DNA from: Eledone cirrhosa
Taxonomy: Eukaryota
Direction of reading: 5' to 3'
Length of the DNA stretch: 64,000 nucleotides
NCBI GenBank assembly: GCA_964016885.1
Contig: OZ024743.1
Location: forward strand, 59,892,001-59,956,000
Shown: positions 1 to 10,100 of the stretch, in pieces
Layout of the letters: the number at the start of each line of letters is the position of its first letter
How positions within the stretch are numbered: the first letter of the stretch is position 1
Notes under the pieces: model-generated
The model's input: the letters and a program-made list of their open reading frames with translations, nothing else
What the model was told of the DNA's origin: nothing
Database searches by the model: none
Program-made: the position numbers and the translations under genes

Positions 1-1158
1 CCGCTTGGATCAGGAGCTCCAACCCAGATCCGGACCAGTTCCCCTGCTTTTCTTTTGGTATTTCGATTAGTTTGGTGTTGGCATCGATGCCGGCGAGGAC
101 GGCAGCCATTAGCCAGTGAATTTCGATGGCCGATGGAACGTGGGTGACCCTGATCTTTACGAGTCTCTGGTCACAATAGCTTGGGACGACTGTCACGTCA
201 TCGCTTATTAGTGGGGCCATGGAGTGCTCTCTGGCCTCCTGTGGTGTTCCAAAGAACACGTCCACGGTTCCATATTTCTGTCCACGTTCGATGTTGGATT
301 TTTTTGCCCACACATGACCAAAAGCTTTTTTGGATTTGGGACTTGGATGCCCGTTCCACTCGGCGCGATTTTATGTTAATCGTCCGATAAAACACGGTGC
401 ATAGGCGCCTATGCTCTATTTTATTATGTGGCGCCGGGGTGGGGGTGGGGGTGACCTTGTACCCATCTTTCTTTTCCATTCTCTTAGCTTCATCTAATTC
501 CTCCTGAGTTTCCCAGATTGTTTCGCATATTTTGGCTCCTTTGGCAACAAGGTGTTCTTATCCGCATTGTTGTTGTTGCTGTTGTTGTTATTGTTATTTT
601 TGTTATTGTTATTTTTAGTTTCAGTTGCGGTGGTAGTGGCGTCAGTGGTGTTCGGTGTGGCTGTGTCGATTTTGGGTGAATCCATTTCGATGTCACAAGA
701 TATTAATTTTTTTTTTCTTATGTTTCTGTTATCGCTGTGGTGATGGCGGGGGTGGCGGCTTCAACACCTGCAGTCATTGGTAATTGCGGGAAATAAATGT
801 CTGCATGAGACAAATTTAAATTATTGCTACTGCTTATATTTTTAGTGTTGGCAAACGTAGTAATATTTACAATGGTGGTGTTGGTGTGAGGTGTTAGTTT
901 GTGAGGAAGGCTCTCAGCTACTTGGTGTAGCTGTGAGTCGTCCATGATTTGTTCAAAGAAATGTTTTGTTTGATAATTATAAAAGTTTAAATTTTGGGCT
1001 CAAAGCCCCAATATTTTTGAGTGTCCTTTTCAGAAATCAATGTATGTGCACCTAGAAACAATTAACAACAAAATTCTTCCATAAATGGTAATTTTAAACA
1101 AATGAAAACATCAAACCTTTGCTGAGTTCACGATGATACGATTTCCTAGATAGGTCGG
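1..1158 (-). mobile_element. Tx1-clade non-LTR retrotransposon copy B (5' leader and frameshifted ORF1; continues left of the window)
   Basis: Colinear with 5952-7116. ORF pieces 718..945, 494..685 and 198..479 match the ORF1 N-terminus (ESLPHK.TPHT, HRRLCTV.YRTIN.KSRRVERAS) in different frames. The 5' end abuts (AAT)n at 1159. Confidence 0.9.
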
Positions 1159-1159
1159 C

Positions 1160-1200
<41 letters not shown>
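1159..1200. repeat. (AAT)14 tract separating the two Tx1 copies (tail/target site)
   Basis: Perfect AAT repeat between the 3' end of copy A and the 5' end of copy B. Confidence 0.95.
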
Positions 1201-1202
<2 letters not shown>

Positions 1203-1467
1203 TTTTCTTTATTAACCACAAGGGTTCACATAAAGTAGACATTAAGGACAGTACAGGACAATACAGGAGGGTACAAATGGGCATTTCTGCGTGTAAAAGA
1301 ACAGAGGTTGAAATAAAATGACAAAGAAAAAAAAAAAAAAAAAAAAAAAAAAAATTCCCCAATAGGGGGGAGACTTCCAAGGGACATTTGTGGAGAAAGC
1401 CCATTAAAAGACCACAGTGGCCCTGACCACCAGGGCAAGTGCCCTCTCCCAGTTTTCCACCTTTAAT

Positions 1468-4400
1468 TTACAGACACATACTCAGAGAAGGCCCATTCAT
1501 TCGGGCCATACTTGCTTCTCTCACCCATCTTTCAACAAAATGCTGGGAAGAGAGCACTTCCCTCTCTACCCTGATTTTCCTTTTCAAATGAAATTTGAAA
1601 AAGTTAATCAGGGCATCACCGAAGAGGTAAGTGCTCGTCTTCAGCCCTTTCAAACGTGTGCACCATACTATCTCTTTCGCCATGGCCACCAGACAGATAA
1701 AAACTGCCTGCCCTTCCAGGCTAAAGGAAGGGGGCGGGGCAATCCTCACGATGGACTCAGCTGATAGCCGGATCCGTCCTACACGTGACAGCAGGTGTTC
1801 GACATAAACCCACAAGTCAGCAATGCTCGGACACTGGACGAGTGCGTGCAGGACGGTTTCGTCGCCCTGCGCGCATCTCGGACAAGCCCGGCTGACGGCA
1901 CCTCCATGCCTGTAGAGTTTATCCCGAACTGGCAAAGCTCCTCGGTAGCACTGCCAGGCCAGGGATTTCTGGAAGTTGTCCATAGGCCCCGGCCCGAAAG
2001 TCCTTCCGAAGAGATTGGCTAGTTGATTTTCGTCGACGCCTAGAGTTTCTCCAAGTACGTCGTCGCTCTTCCTCTCCACTAATCCCCTATAGAACGCCAA
2101 GGTGGAGTTTCCACCGATCACATTGCCCGATTGGTCGAGGGCTGTGAGCGCCTGAAGACATTCCAGTCTCCAAGCGCTCCCTCTCGGTCTTCGCTTGACC
2201 CAGGACTGCAGCTCCGTCAAGGAGACGAGCTGGGGAAAAACGTGTCTTGCAAACGGCGACCACACCTGATCACCGTCGAGGAAGAGGTGGAGATATCGTA
2301 GCCTGAGCGCGGGTCTGCGCATCATCAGCCACGGCATGCCCAGCCCTCCACGTAGCGGGTGTTGACAGCAGATGGACCGCCTGACCATCGGAGCGCGTCC
2401 CTTCCACAAGAAGCGAAAGAGCAAACGCTCCAGCGCAGTCAGGCGGGGCTTAGGACAAGGTACGACGGTCAGGCGGTAGTAGATGACGGATGCGATGTAC
2501 GCATTCGCCACCTCCGCTCGACCTTTCAGGGATAGCTTCCTCTCGGCCCATTTCTGGGTGAGAGAAGCCACCCTGCTCGTCACCTCGTCCCAGTTTTTGT
2601 CTGTCTGGAGGTCTGGACCGAACCAGACCCCTAGCAATTTAACCGGTCCGTCCGTCCAGCGCCCGACGACGCTGTTGGACGGCATGGACCTGCCTCTCCA
2701 GGTGCCGAGCTGCAGACCCACTGACTTTTCCTGGTTGATCATTGCTCCTGTCACCGCTTCGTATTCTCTTAGTGTAGTGCCGATCGCCTCGATATGTTTG
2801 GCGTTCGACACCACTACGGTGACATCGTCGGTATATGCTGACACGGATCTTCCGCATCCTAGTTCGCGCGGGACCCCCCTCAACGTCTCCAGTTTGTGCA
2901 GTAATGGCTCGAGAGTCAATACGTACAATAGGGACGAGAGGGGACATCCTTGGCGGACCGAGCGCATGATGTTGAACGGTTCCGAAAGGTGACCGTTCAC
3001 TCTCACTACAGAGCAGATGTCGCTGTGCATGGCAGCGATCCAGCCTCTGAAGACGGGCGCAAAGCCAGCCGCCCTCAGGACTGCCGCTAGGTAACGATGG
3101 TCGACCCTATCGAAGGCTTTCGACTGATCTAAATTGATCAAAGACCCACCCGTGCCAGGTTCCCTAGCTACCCTCTCTACGATGTATCGCATGAGGTGGA
3201 GGTTGTCGTGGATAGATCTGTCGGGAATGGCGCATGTCTGTGCCTCTCCCACCAGACCACCAACGACAAGCGCCAACCTCTTTGCTAGCACCTTGGCCAA
3301 AATCTTGAACTCTGTGTTTAGCAGAGTTATGGGCCTAAAATTATCTATGTTATCCCCCTTGTTCGGATCCTTTCTCAGCAGCGCCACCGCTCCTCGGCTC
3401 ACAGAGCTGGGAATTCTCCCGTTCTGTTGCCAGTTGCAGTAGACGTCCGCCAAGAGGCCTCCGAACAAGTTTGGCATTTGTACGTAAAGTTCATAGGGCA
3501 GACCATCCAAACCAGGCGATTTACCCCTTGTGCAACTAGTCATTGCATCCCGTACTTCAGCGGTTGTTATCGGCTTTTCGCAACACTCCGCCTCAGTGGC
3601 CGAAAGCCGCGGCAGTCCGTCGAGGTAGACACTAAAGTCCATCCCTCGATCCGGCCCGCCACTGCCCCCGAACAGTTGAGCGAAGTGTCGCTGAAAAGCT
3701 TCACACATTTGCCCGGGATCGAGTAGCATGCGCCCGTCGTGGTCCACCAAAGACCGGATCGTGGCTTTGTTGCCACGACGCGCCTCCGCCACTCGGGCCC
3801 ATTGAACGGCTTTCGTCCCCTCGTGTCTGAGAGCACGCACCCTAGCTCTGACAACGCAGCCTTCGTGCTTTGCATTGAAGAATTGGTCAAGGGCCAATTT
3901 CGCCGCAAGTACGTCGGTCGCGATGCCTTTGCTAAGCGCCTCATCTAATTTTCTAACTAATTCTCCCTCTGCTCTATTTTTCTCTATTGCTAAAGTCTTA
4001 CTAAACCTAATGGACTCTATTCTAATTGCTCTTTTCAGAGCAAACCACCACTTGTTGTTGACAATGGCCCCCGTCAACGCCCGCTTAACTAGTTCGCTAA
4101 TCCGGTCTCTGTAGGCCTTGCGCGCTGGTAAGGACGCGTTTAGCTTCCAGTAGCCGGGTCCTCGTCTATGAAGCCTATCTAAGTCAAGCACACAGATCAC
4201 GAATTTGTGGTCCGTGTAGCTGACTATCTTGAATTGTGGACAGCCTATGCTAGACCTATCTATTTCCCTACAAAATACTCTATCTAGATATGATCTGGAT
4301 GACCCTATGCGATTTGTCCAAGTCCACATTGGTACATTCGGGAAATCCATTCGGTACCTGTCAGACAGTTCAAAACGTCTGAGCAGGTTGGTGAGACTCT

Positions 4401-4887
4401 TGCACCCTCCTTCCCTATCCACTAATCCCACACAATCCCAGCGTGCATCTAAGATCCCGTTCCAGTCGCCCACTAACACTAAAGAGCGGGACGTTCCAAG
4501 AAAGGTCTCCAGACGCCGGAAGAAATCAGGTCGCCCTGCTCCTGTCGGGGAATAGACGGCCACTAACCTGAAAGCTTGCCCGTCTCCGCTGGTCACGTCC
4601 AGCACCACCAACTTACCTTCTGGGTCCAGGAAGATGGCCCGTATGGCAAGATCCAAACCTCTCCGAAAAAGCACAGCAACTCCTCCCCCCGATCCCGGAC
4701 GGCTGGGAGATGCGTACACATCGTAGCCGCCGAAGATCGGTGCGAAAGCCTGTGCTTCGGAGATTCTGGTCTCGCTGATGGCCACTACATCTATGTTTAG
4801 TGACCTGAGGTCGTTGAGCAGGTGGCCCTGCTTCCATGACGACCCCAAGCCACGCGCATTTATGCTGCCTATTCTGAGTGAGGTCAT
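1468..4887 (-). CDS. Tx1/L1-type ORF2: APE endonuclease, reverse transcriptase and C-terminal zinc finger (1139 aa)
   Basis: APE motifs SINARG, ISET, AVYSP, VGDWN, YLDRVF, TDHK. GPGYWKLN linker typical of L1/Tx1. RT motifs KSPGLDG, FRPITLLN, DQSKAFD, RQGCPLS, YTDD. C-terminal CPRC...ETVLHALVQC. Confidence 0.95.
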   Translation of the reverse strand: MTSLRIGSINARGLGSSWKQGHLLNDLRSLNIDVVAISETRISEAQAFAPIFGGYDVYASPSRPGSGGGVAVLFRRGLDLAIRAIFLDPEGKLVVLDVTSGDGQAFRLVAVYSPTGAGRPDFFRRLETFLGTSRSLVLVGDWNGILDARWDCVGLVDREGGCKSLTNLLRRFELSDRYRMDFPNVPMWTWTNRIGSSRSYLDRVFCREIDRSSIGCPQFKIVSYTDHKFVICVLDLDRLHRRGPGYWKLNASLPARKAYRDRISELVKRALTGAIVNNKWWFALKRAIRIESIRFSKTLAIEKNRAEGELVRKLDEALSKGIATDVLAAKLALDQFFNAKHEGCVVRARVRALRHEGTKAVQWARVAEARRGNKATIRSLVDHDGRMLLDPGQMCEAFQRHFAQLFGGSGGPDRGMDFSVYLDGLPRLSATEAECCEKPITTAEVRDAMTSCTRGKSPGLDGLPYELYVQMPNLFGGLLADVYCNWQQNGRIPSSVSRGAVALLRKDPNKGDNIDNFRPITLLNTEFKILAKVLAKRLALVVGGLVGEAQTCAIPDRSIHDNLHLMRYIVERVAREPGTGGSLINLDQSKAFDRVDHRYLAAVLRAAGFAPVFRGWIAAMHSDICSVVRVNGHLSEPFNIMRSVRQGCPLSSLLYVLTLEPLLHKLETLRGVPRELGCGRSVSAYTDDVTVVVSNAKHIEAIGTTLREYEAVTGAMINQEKSVGLQLGTWRGRSMPSNSVVGRWTDGPVKLLGVWFGPDLQTDKNWDEVTSRVASLTQKWAERKLSLKGRAEVANAYIASVIYYRLTVVPCPKPRLTALERLLFRFLWKGRAPMVRRSICCQHPLRGGLGMPWLMMRRPALRLRYLHLFLDGDQVWSPFARHVFPQLVSLTELQSWVKRRPRGSAWRLECLQALTALDQSGNVIGGNSTLAFYRGLVERKSDDVLGETLGVDENQLANLFGRTFGPGPMDNFQKSLAWQCYRGALPVRDKLYRHGGAVSRACPRCAQGDETVLHALVQCPSIADLWVYVEHLLSRVGRIRLSAESIVRIAPPPSFSLEGQAVFICLVAMAKEIVWCTRLKGLKTSTYLFGDALINFFKFHLKRKIRVEREVLSSQHFVERWVREASMARMNGPSLSMCL

Positions 4888-4921
4888 GTTGAAAAGGAGT
4901 GGAAAAGATGGGAAAGACCAC

Positions 4922-6907
4922 TTACCTTACTTCTCGTAGGGGAAGGACGGCTTTTCCATCCTTTTCACTGCTTGTGGCCTCCTCAGGAAGGATGTCCTTA
5001 TAAATCCTCCTGGAGAGTGCTTGTCGGAAGTCTCCGATGTCTTTGGGGAATTTTTGTTTTAGTGTCATGTACGTTTTCTGTGTGATGCAAGTGATTTGTA
5101 TGTGTGGAGGTGGTGTGAATTTTGGGGTTGTTGTGTAGTCTTTTTCTGTGATGCTGGTGTTGTGTTGGATGTAGTGTAATAATTGCTTGTTGTTCAAATT
5201 TAATGCTGTGTAGTGTGTATCGTTTTGGTTGTTTTGTTTTGTTTGCGTTTTTTGTGGGTTTGTTTCTGTTTCGAATTTTGGAGACTTTTGTGGTGTAGGT
5301 GATGGTGGTGATGGAGTTAATGATGGTGATGGTGTTGGTGTTTGGGTTGATGGGGTTGGTGATGCTGGTGTGGATGGTGGCATATCTGTCCTAACTTTTT
5401 TGTTTCTTAGTTTATTTGTTTCCCTCTGTATTTTGTTTTTGGAGGGGGAAGGAAGAGAATTTTTTCTTTTTTGGTTTCTTCTTTTTTTTCCGGATATCGT
5501 TTCCCACTCCTCGTCGTCACAATCTGTCTCCAGTTGTGATAGGCCGGGGAGTGGAAAATCCTCCACAGCCGTTAGTTTTGGTTGTGGTGTGGTGGATGGT
5601 GTAGGCGCTGGTGCTAGTTCTGAAGCGTTGGGTGGTGGTGGTGTTGGTTTTGCTGGTGGTGGTAGTGGTGTTGGTTTTGCTACTGTTGCTGGGGTTGTTG
5701 CTGTTATAGTTGCTTCTGTTGTTGCTGCTACAGTTGTTGCTGGCATCTCTGCTACTGGTGGTGTTGATGGTTGTGTCACTGGGGTGGGTAGGAGAGGTGG
5801 CCTCAACCTTTTAGTCTGAGGGCAGAAATCCCTTAGGTGGGTTCCTTCACCACAAACGACACACCTAGGTCTTCTGCCCTCGACAATTACCGTGAGGTGG
5901 CTGCCGTCAGTGAGGTCTATTACCTCTGGGATCTCCTCAATGCTTTTTTGGTCCGCTTGGATCAGGAGCTCCATCCCAGATCCGGACCAGTTTTCCTGCT
6001 TTTCTTTTGCTATTGTTATTATTTTCGTGTTGGCCTCGATGCCGGCGATGACAGCCGCTATTAGCCAGGGAATTTCGATGGCCGGTGGAACGTGGGTCAC
6101 CCTGATCTTTACGAGTCTCTGGCCACAATAGCTTGGGACGAGTGTGAAGTCGTCACTTTTTAATGGGGCCATTGAGTGTTCTCTAGCCTCCTCTGGTGTT
6201 TCAAAGAACACATCCACGGTTCCATACTTTTGCCCACGTCTGATGTGGGTTTTTCTTGCCCACACATGTCCCAAAGCTTTTTGGATTTGGGACTCGGATG
6301 CCCGTTCCACTCGGCGCGATTTTACATTTATTGTTCTATACGACACGGTGCACAGGCGCCGATGCTCCATTTTATTAGGTGGGGGGGTGAGGCTGACCCT
6401 GTACCCATCTTTCTTTACCATTTGTTTGGCATTTTCTAAATCTTCTTGAGTTACCGTGAACGCTTCGAATTGTTTTGCTACGATGGCGAAACTGAGGGTC
6501 GGTTTTATAATGTCATTGTTGTTGTTGTTGCTATCGTTAATATTAATTTTATTTTCAGTTGTGGTGGTGGTGACGTCAGTCGTCTTTGGTGGGGAAGAGT
6601 CCATTTTGCTTGATTTCATTTCGACGTCACGAGTTAATTTATTTTTTTCTTCTTTTGTTTCTGTTGTCGCGGTGGTGGTGGTGGTGGTGGTTGTCGCGGT
6701 GGTGGTGGTGGTGGAGGGTTTAACACCTGCAGTCATTGGTAATGGCGGGAAATGAATGTCTGCCTGAGTAAAATTTAAAATATTGCTACTGCTTATATTT
6801 TTTTTTGTGTTGGCAAACGTGGTAACATTTACAATGGTGGTGTCGGTGTGAGGTGTTATTTTGTGAGGAAGGCTTTCAGCTGCTTCGTGCAGAGGGGAAT
6901 TAGCCAT
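4922..6907 (-). CDS. Tx1-type ORF1 (nucleic-acid-binding/gag-like, 661 aa)
   Basis: CX2CX4HX4C knuckle (CVVCGEGTHLRDFC), Pro/Thr-rich linker, and basic W-x4-KKRR motif. Ends 34 nt upstream of the ORF2 start. Confidence 0.9.
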   Translation of the reverse strand: MANSPLHEAAESLPHKITPHTDTTIVNVTTFANTKKNISSSNILNFTQADIHFPPLPMTAGVKPSTTTTTATTTTTTTTATTETKEEKNKLTRDVEMKSSKMDSSPPKTTDVTTTTTENKININDSNNNNNDIIKPTLSFAIVAKQFEAFTVTQEDLENAKQMVKKDGYRVSLTPPPNKMEHRRLCTVSYRTINVKSRRVERASESQIQKALGHVWARKTHIRRGQKYGTVDVFFETPEEAREHSMAPLKSDDFTLVPSYCGQRLVKIRVTHVPPAIEIPWLIAAVIAGIEANTKIITIAKEKQENWSGSGMELLIQADQKSIEEIPEVIDLTDGSHLTVIVEGRRPRCVVCGEGTHLRDFCPQTKRLRPPLLPTPVTQPSTPPVAEMPATTVAATTEATITATTPATVAKPTPLPPPAKPTPPPPNASELAPAPTPSTTPQPKLTAVEDFPLPGLSQLETDCDDEEWETISGKKRRNQKRKNSLPSPSKNKIQRETNKLRNKKVRTDMPPSTPASPTPSTQTPTPSPSLTPSPPSPTPQKSPKFETETNPQKTQTKQNNQNDTHYTALNLNNKQLLHYIQHNTSITEKDYTTTPKFTPPPHIQITCITQKTYMTLKQKFPKDIGDFRQALSRRIYKDILPEEATSSEKDGKAVLPLREVR

Positions 6908-7116
6908 TTTTTTTCAAAGAAATTTTTGGATAATAATAAAAGTTAAAATTTTGGGCACAAGGCCCCAGTCTTTTTGGGTGTCCTTTTCGGAAAACAATGT
7001 ATGTGTGCTTATAAACAGTTTACAATAAAATTTTCCATAAATGGCAATTTTTAAACAAACGGAAATAACAAACCTTTGCGGAGCTCACGATAATACGATT
7101 TCCTACGTAGGTCGCC

Positions 7117-7161
<45 letters not shown>
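7117..7161. repeat. (AAT)15 tract shared by the 5' ends of the Tx1 and R4/Dong elements
   Basis: Perfect AAT repeat between two divergently oriented elements. Confidence 0.95.
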
Positions 7162-10100
7162 CAAACACTACATTACAAAGAAACTTATGCTTATTCATTT
7201 TTGGGGTTTTTTCTGCCTGTTTGTTTGTTTGTGTTCGTCTACAGCGTGATAATGCCGCACAAAAGTCACGTGGAGTGACGAAACTACCGGAGACAAGTAA
7301 TTCACCGGTGGTTATGTAACCATACATTCGCCAATCCTCGATAAGAGTGTTTAAATGTCGAACCTAAGCAGTTCGAATAACGGTGAAATGGAGACTAGAA
7401 TGTCATGTGACAGACTCTCACCCAACAGGTGCTCCCTGGCTCAGCAGCAGGGACCTGGCTGTCAACCAAATACTGCTGGTGTCGGAGGAAGAAGAAGAAG
7501 GAAAGGGACCAGAACCAACTAGACGAAAGAATTGAATAGAACTGTTATGCAATGTTACCTGAAGAGTAACCCCAAGAAGAAAGGCTATAGGAAAAGGATG
7601 CATAACATCTGGAACGAGATTGGTCCATTTAAATTAGATGAACAAAAACTGGCCGGGCAGGCTCGGGTAATAAGAACTAATGGGTGGATAAGCGAGCTGG
7701 AACTGGAGGAACTGAGCAGAGAGATTAGCTTGGAGATGGAGGGTGGAGTATGCCAGGCAAACGAGCCAGTGGGAAATGAAGGTGAAGAGGTCGAGAGAAC
7801 GGAGGAACCACCCGAAACAGACAATGATCTGAATGCTGAGATAAATAATACCTGGAACAGAGATACGGCCACTGAGGAGATGAATGCTGACGGGCTAGGA
7901 CAAGATTTGGTAGATATCCTAAACTTAGTGGTAGATGAATTGAACAATGATAGTGGGAGACCTATTAACCTAAGATTTGTAGACAGGAACAAGTTAAAAG
8001 AAACAACAGCTAAGGTAAACAAAGTCATCCCATACCTTGAGGCGAGCAGCCTTCACCAGTGCAACAATATCCTCAAAGCAACAGCAAATACGGTGAGGAA
8101 ACTACTTGGTATAAAAGCGAGAGGAAACAACAGACAAGAAAGAGCAGAGCATTGGTGGAAGAAACGACTGAGTGGTCAAATCAGGGAAATGAGAAATGAC
8201 ATTGGAAAGCTTGAGTCCCTACTGAATGGGACACTAAACAACATAGACACTAAAAATAGACTGGAAATAAAGTACAAAACTAGGAGGAAAAAGCTAAATA
8301 TTATCATAGAGGAACTGAAGCAATGCATTGTAGCAAAGAGTGCAAAAATCAGGCGAAACGAGAACAGAGTCAGTCAGTATAGACAGAATCGTATGTTCGA
8401 CAACAGCCAGAAGATGCTGTTTGAACAGCTTGAAGGGAAAATAAGAGGCAACGACTTGATCCCTGAGGTGGAACAAACTAAAACATTCTGGAGAGGAATA
8501 TGGGAGCAGGATGTTAAACATAATGACCAGGCAGTGTGGATTGAGACAGTACAGAAGGAGATCAGTGAACAGGCACGCCAACAAACTGATTTGAGTATCA
8601 CAGTTGAAACTCTTAAGGGGCAGGCCAAAAAACTAACCAACTGGAAATCACCTAGCCCAGATGGTGTGCAGGGGTATTGGATTAAAAACATAACATCCCT
8701 CCACCCGAAACTGACAACCATGTTCAATGACTGCTTGATGGCAGGTGAGGTACCAGAGTGGTTGACAAAAGGTACCACAGTTCTGATAATGAAAGACCGA
8801 ATCAAGGGTAATGATGTTACCAACTATAGACCTATCACATGTTTGTCCGTAATGTGGAAACTGTTGACAAGCATTATGTCTGAGGAAATCTACCATCACC
8901 TCCACACAAACAACTTGTTACCGGACGAACAGAAAGGATGCCGAAAGAAGTCACGTGGTACAAAGGACAAGTTACTTATTGATAAGATGGTAATGAGGAA
9001 TTGCAAGAGGAGACACACTGGTCATGCCATGGGATGGATAGACTACAAAAAGGCATTTGACATGGTGCCTCATTCTTGGATCACCAACAGCCTGGAGATC
9101 TTCAAGGTGGCAGATAACATCAGGCAGTTGTTGGGCAAAAGTATGAAGTCCTGGGAAACAGAGTTAACATCAACTGGAGAATCCTTGGGAAGCGTGAAGA
9201 TCAAGAGTGGTATCTTCCAGGGAGATTGTCTGTCCCCTCTGTTGTTTGTCCTTGCCCTGATGCACTGACCAGTGTACTGCGAAAAGTGAGAGCAGGATAC
9301 AGGTTGGGAAAGGGAGGCCTTACCATCAATCACCTCCTCTTCATGGACGATCTTAAGCTCTTCGGGAAGAGTGAGAAGGAGTTGGATTTGCTTGTTGACA
9401 ATGTCCGTATTTTCAGCAATGATATATGTATGCAATTTGGTATTAGTAAGTGTGGAGTCATTGAGATAAGGAGGGGTAAGTTGAGCAGAAATAACGGAAT
9501 CCAGATACCAACAGGTGAGATGATTAAAGAAATTGACTCTGAAGAAGGATACAAGTATTTGGGCATTCTGGAGGCTGATGACATCAAGAACCAAAAAAAT
9601 GAAGGAATTGATAAGAACTGAATACTTTCGGAGAGTAAGGAGCGTATTAAAGTCACATCTGAACAGTAGGAATGCCATAGTGCAGTAAATTCCCGAGCTG
9701 TGTCTATTATTAGGTACAGTGCGGGAATTCTGAGATGGTATGTTGCTGAACAAAAAGAAATGGATAGGAAGACTAGGAAGCTATTGACTATCTACAACAT
9801 GTTCCACAAGAGGCATGATGTCGATAGACGCTACTTAAGGAGATCTGAAGGTGGAAGAGGTCTTATCAGCATAGAGGACTGTGTTCAGAGTGAGAAAAAT
9901 AACCTACACAAATACGTGACTGATAGTAAGGAGCCAATGCTCAGAACTGTACTGAAGGAGGGGACAATAGGCCAGGGGATGTCCAAGGAGGAAATAACAT
10001 CAAGGTGAAAGAGCAGCCTTCAGGAAAAATCCCTTCGTAGTACCTTCTTTGAGAAAACTGAACTTAGAGATCCACAGACATGGAACTGGTTGAAAAGAGG

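Larger units (their letters stand above)
1201..7116 (-). mobile_element. Full-length Tx1-clade non-LTR retrotransposon copy A (~5.9 kb)
   Basis: Two open ORFs, a ~210-nt 5' leader, and a 3' UTR with an internal U-run, stem-loop and AATAAA. Both ends are flanked by (TTA)n. Confidence 0.93.

Noticed and set aside
1417-6755. Plus-strand ORFs overlapping the Tx1 element (for example 5229..5819, 2483..2992)
   Set aside because: Antisense shadows of ORF1/ORF2 with no independent motifs.
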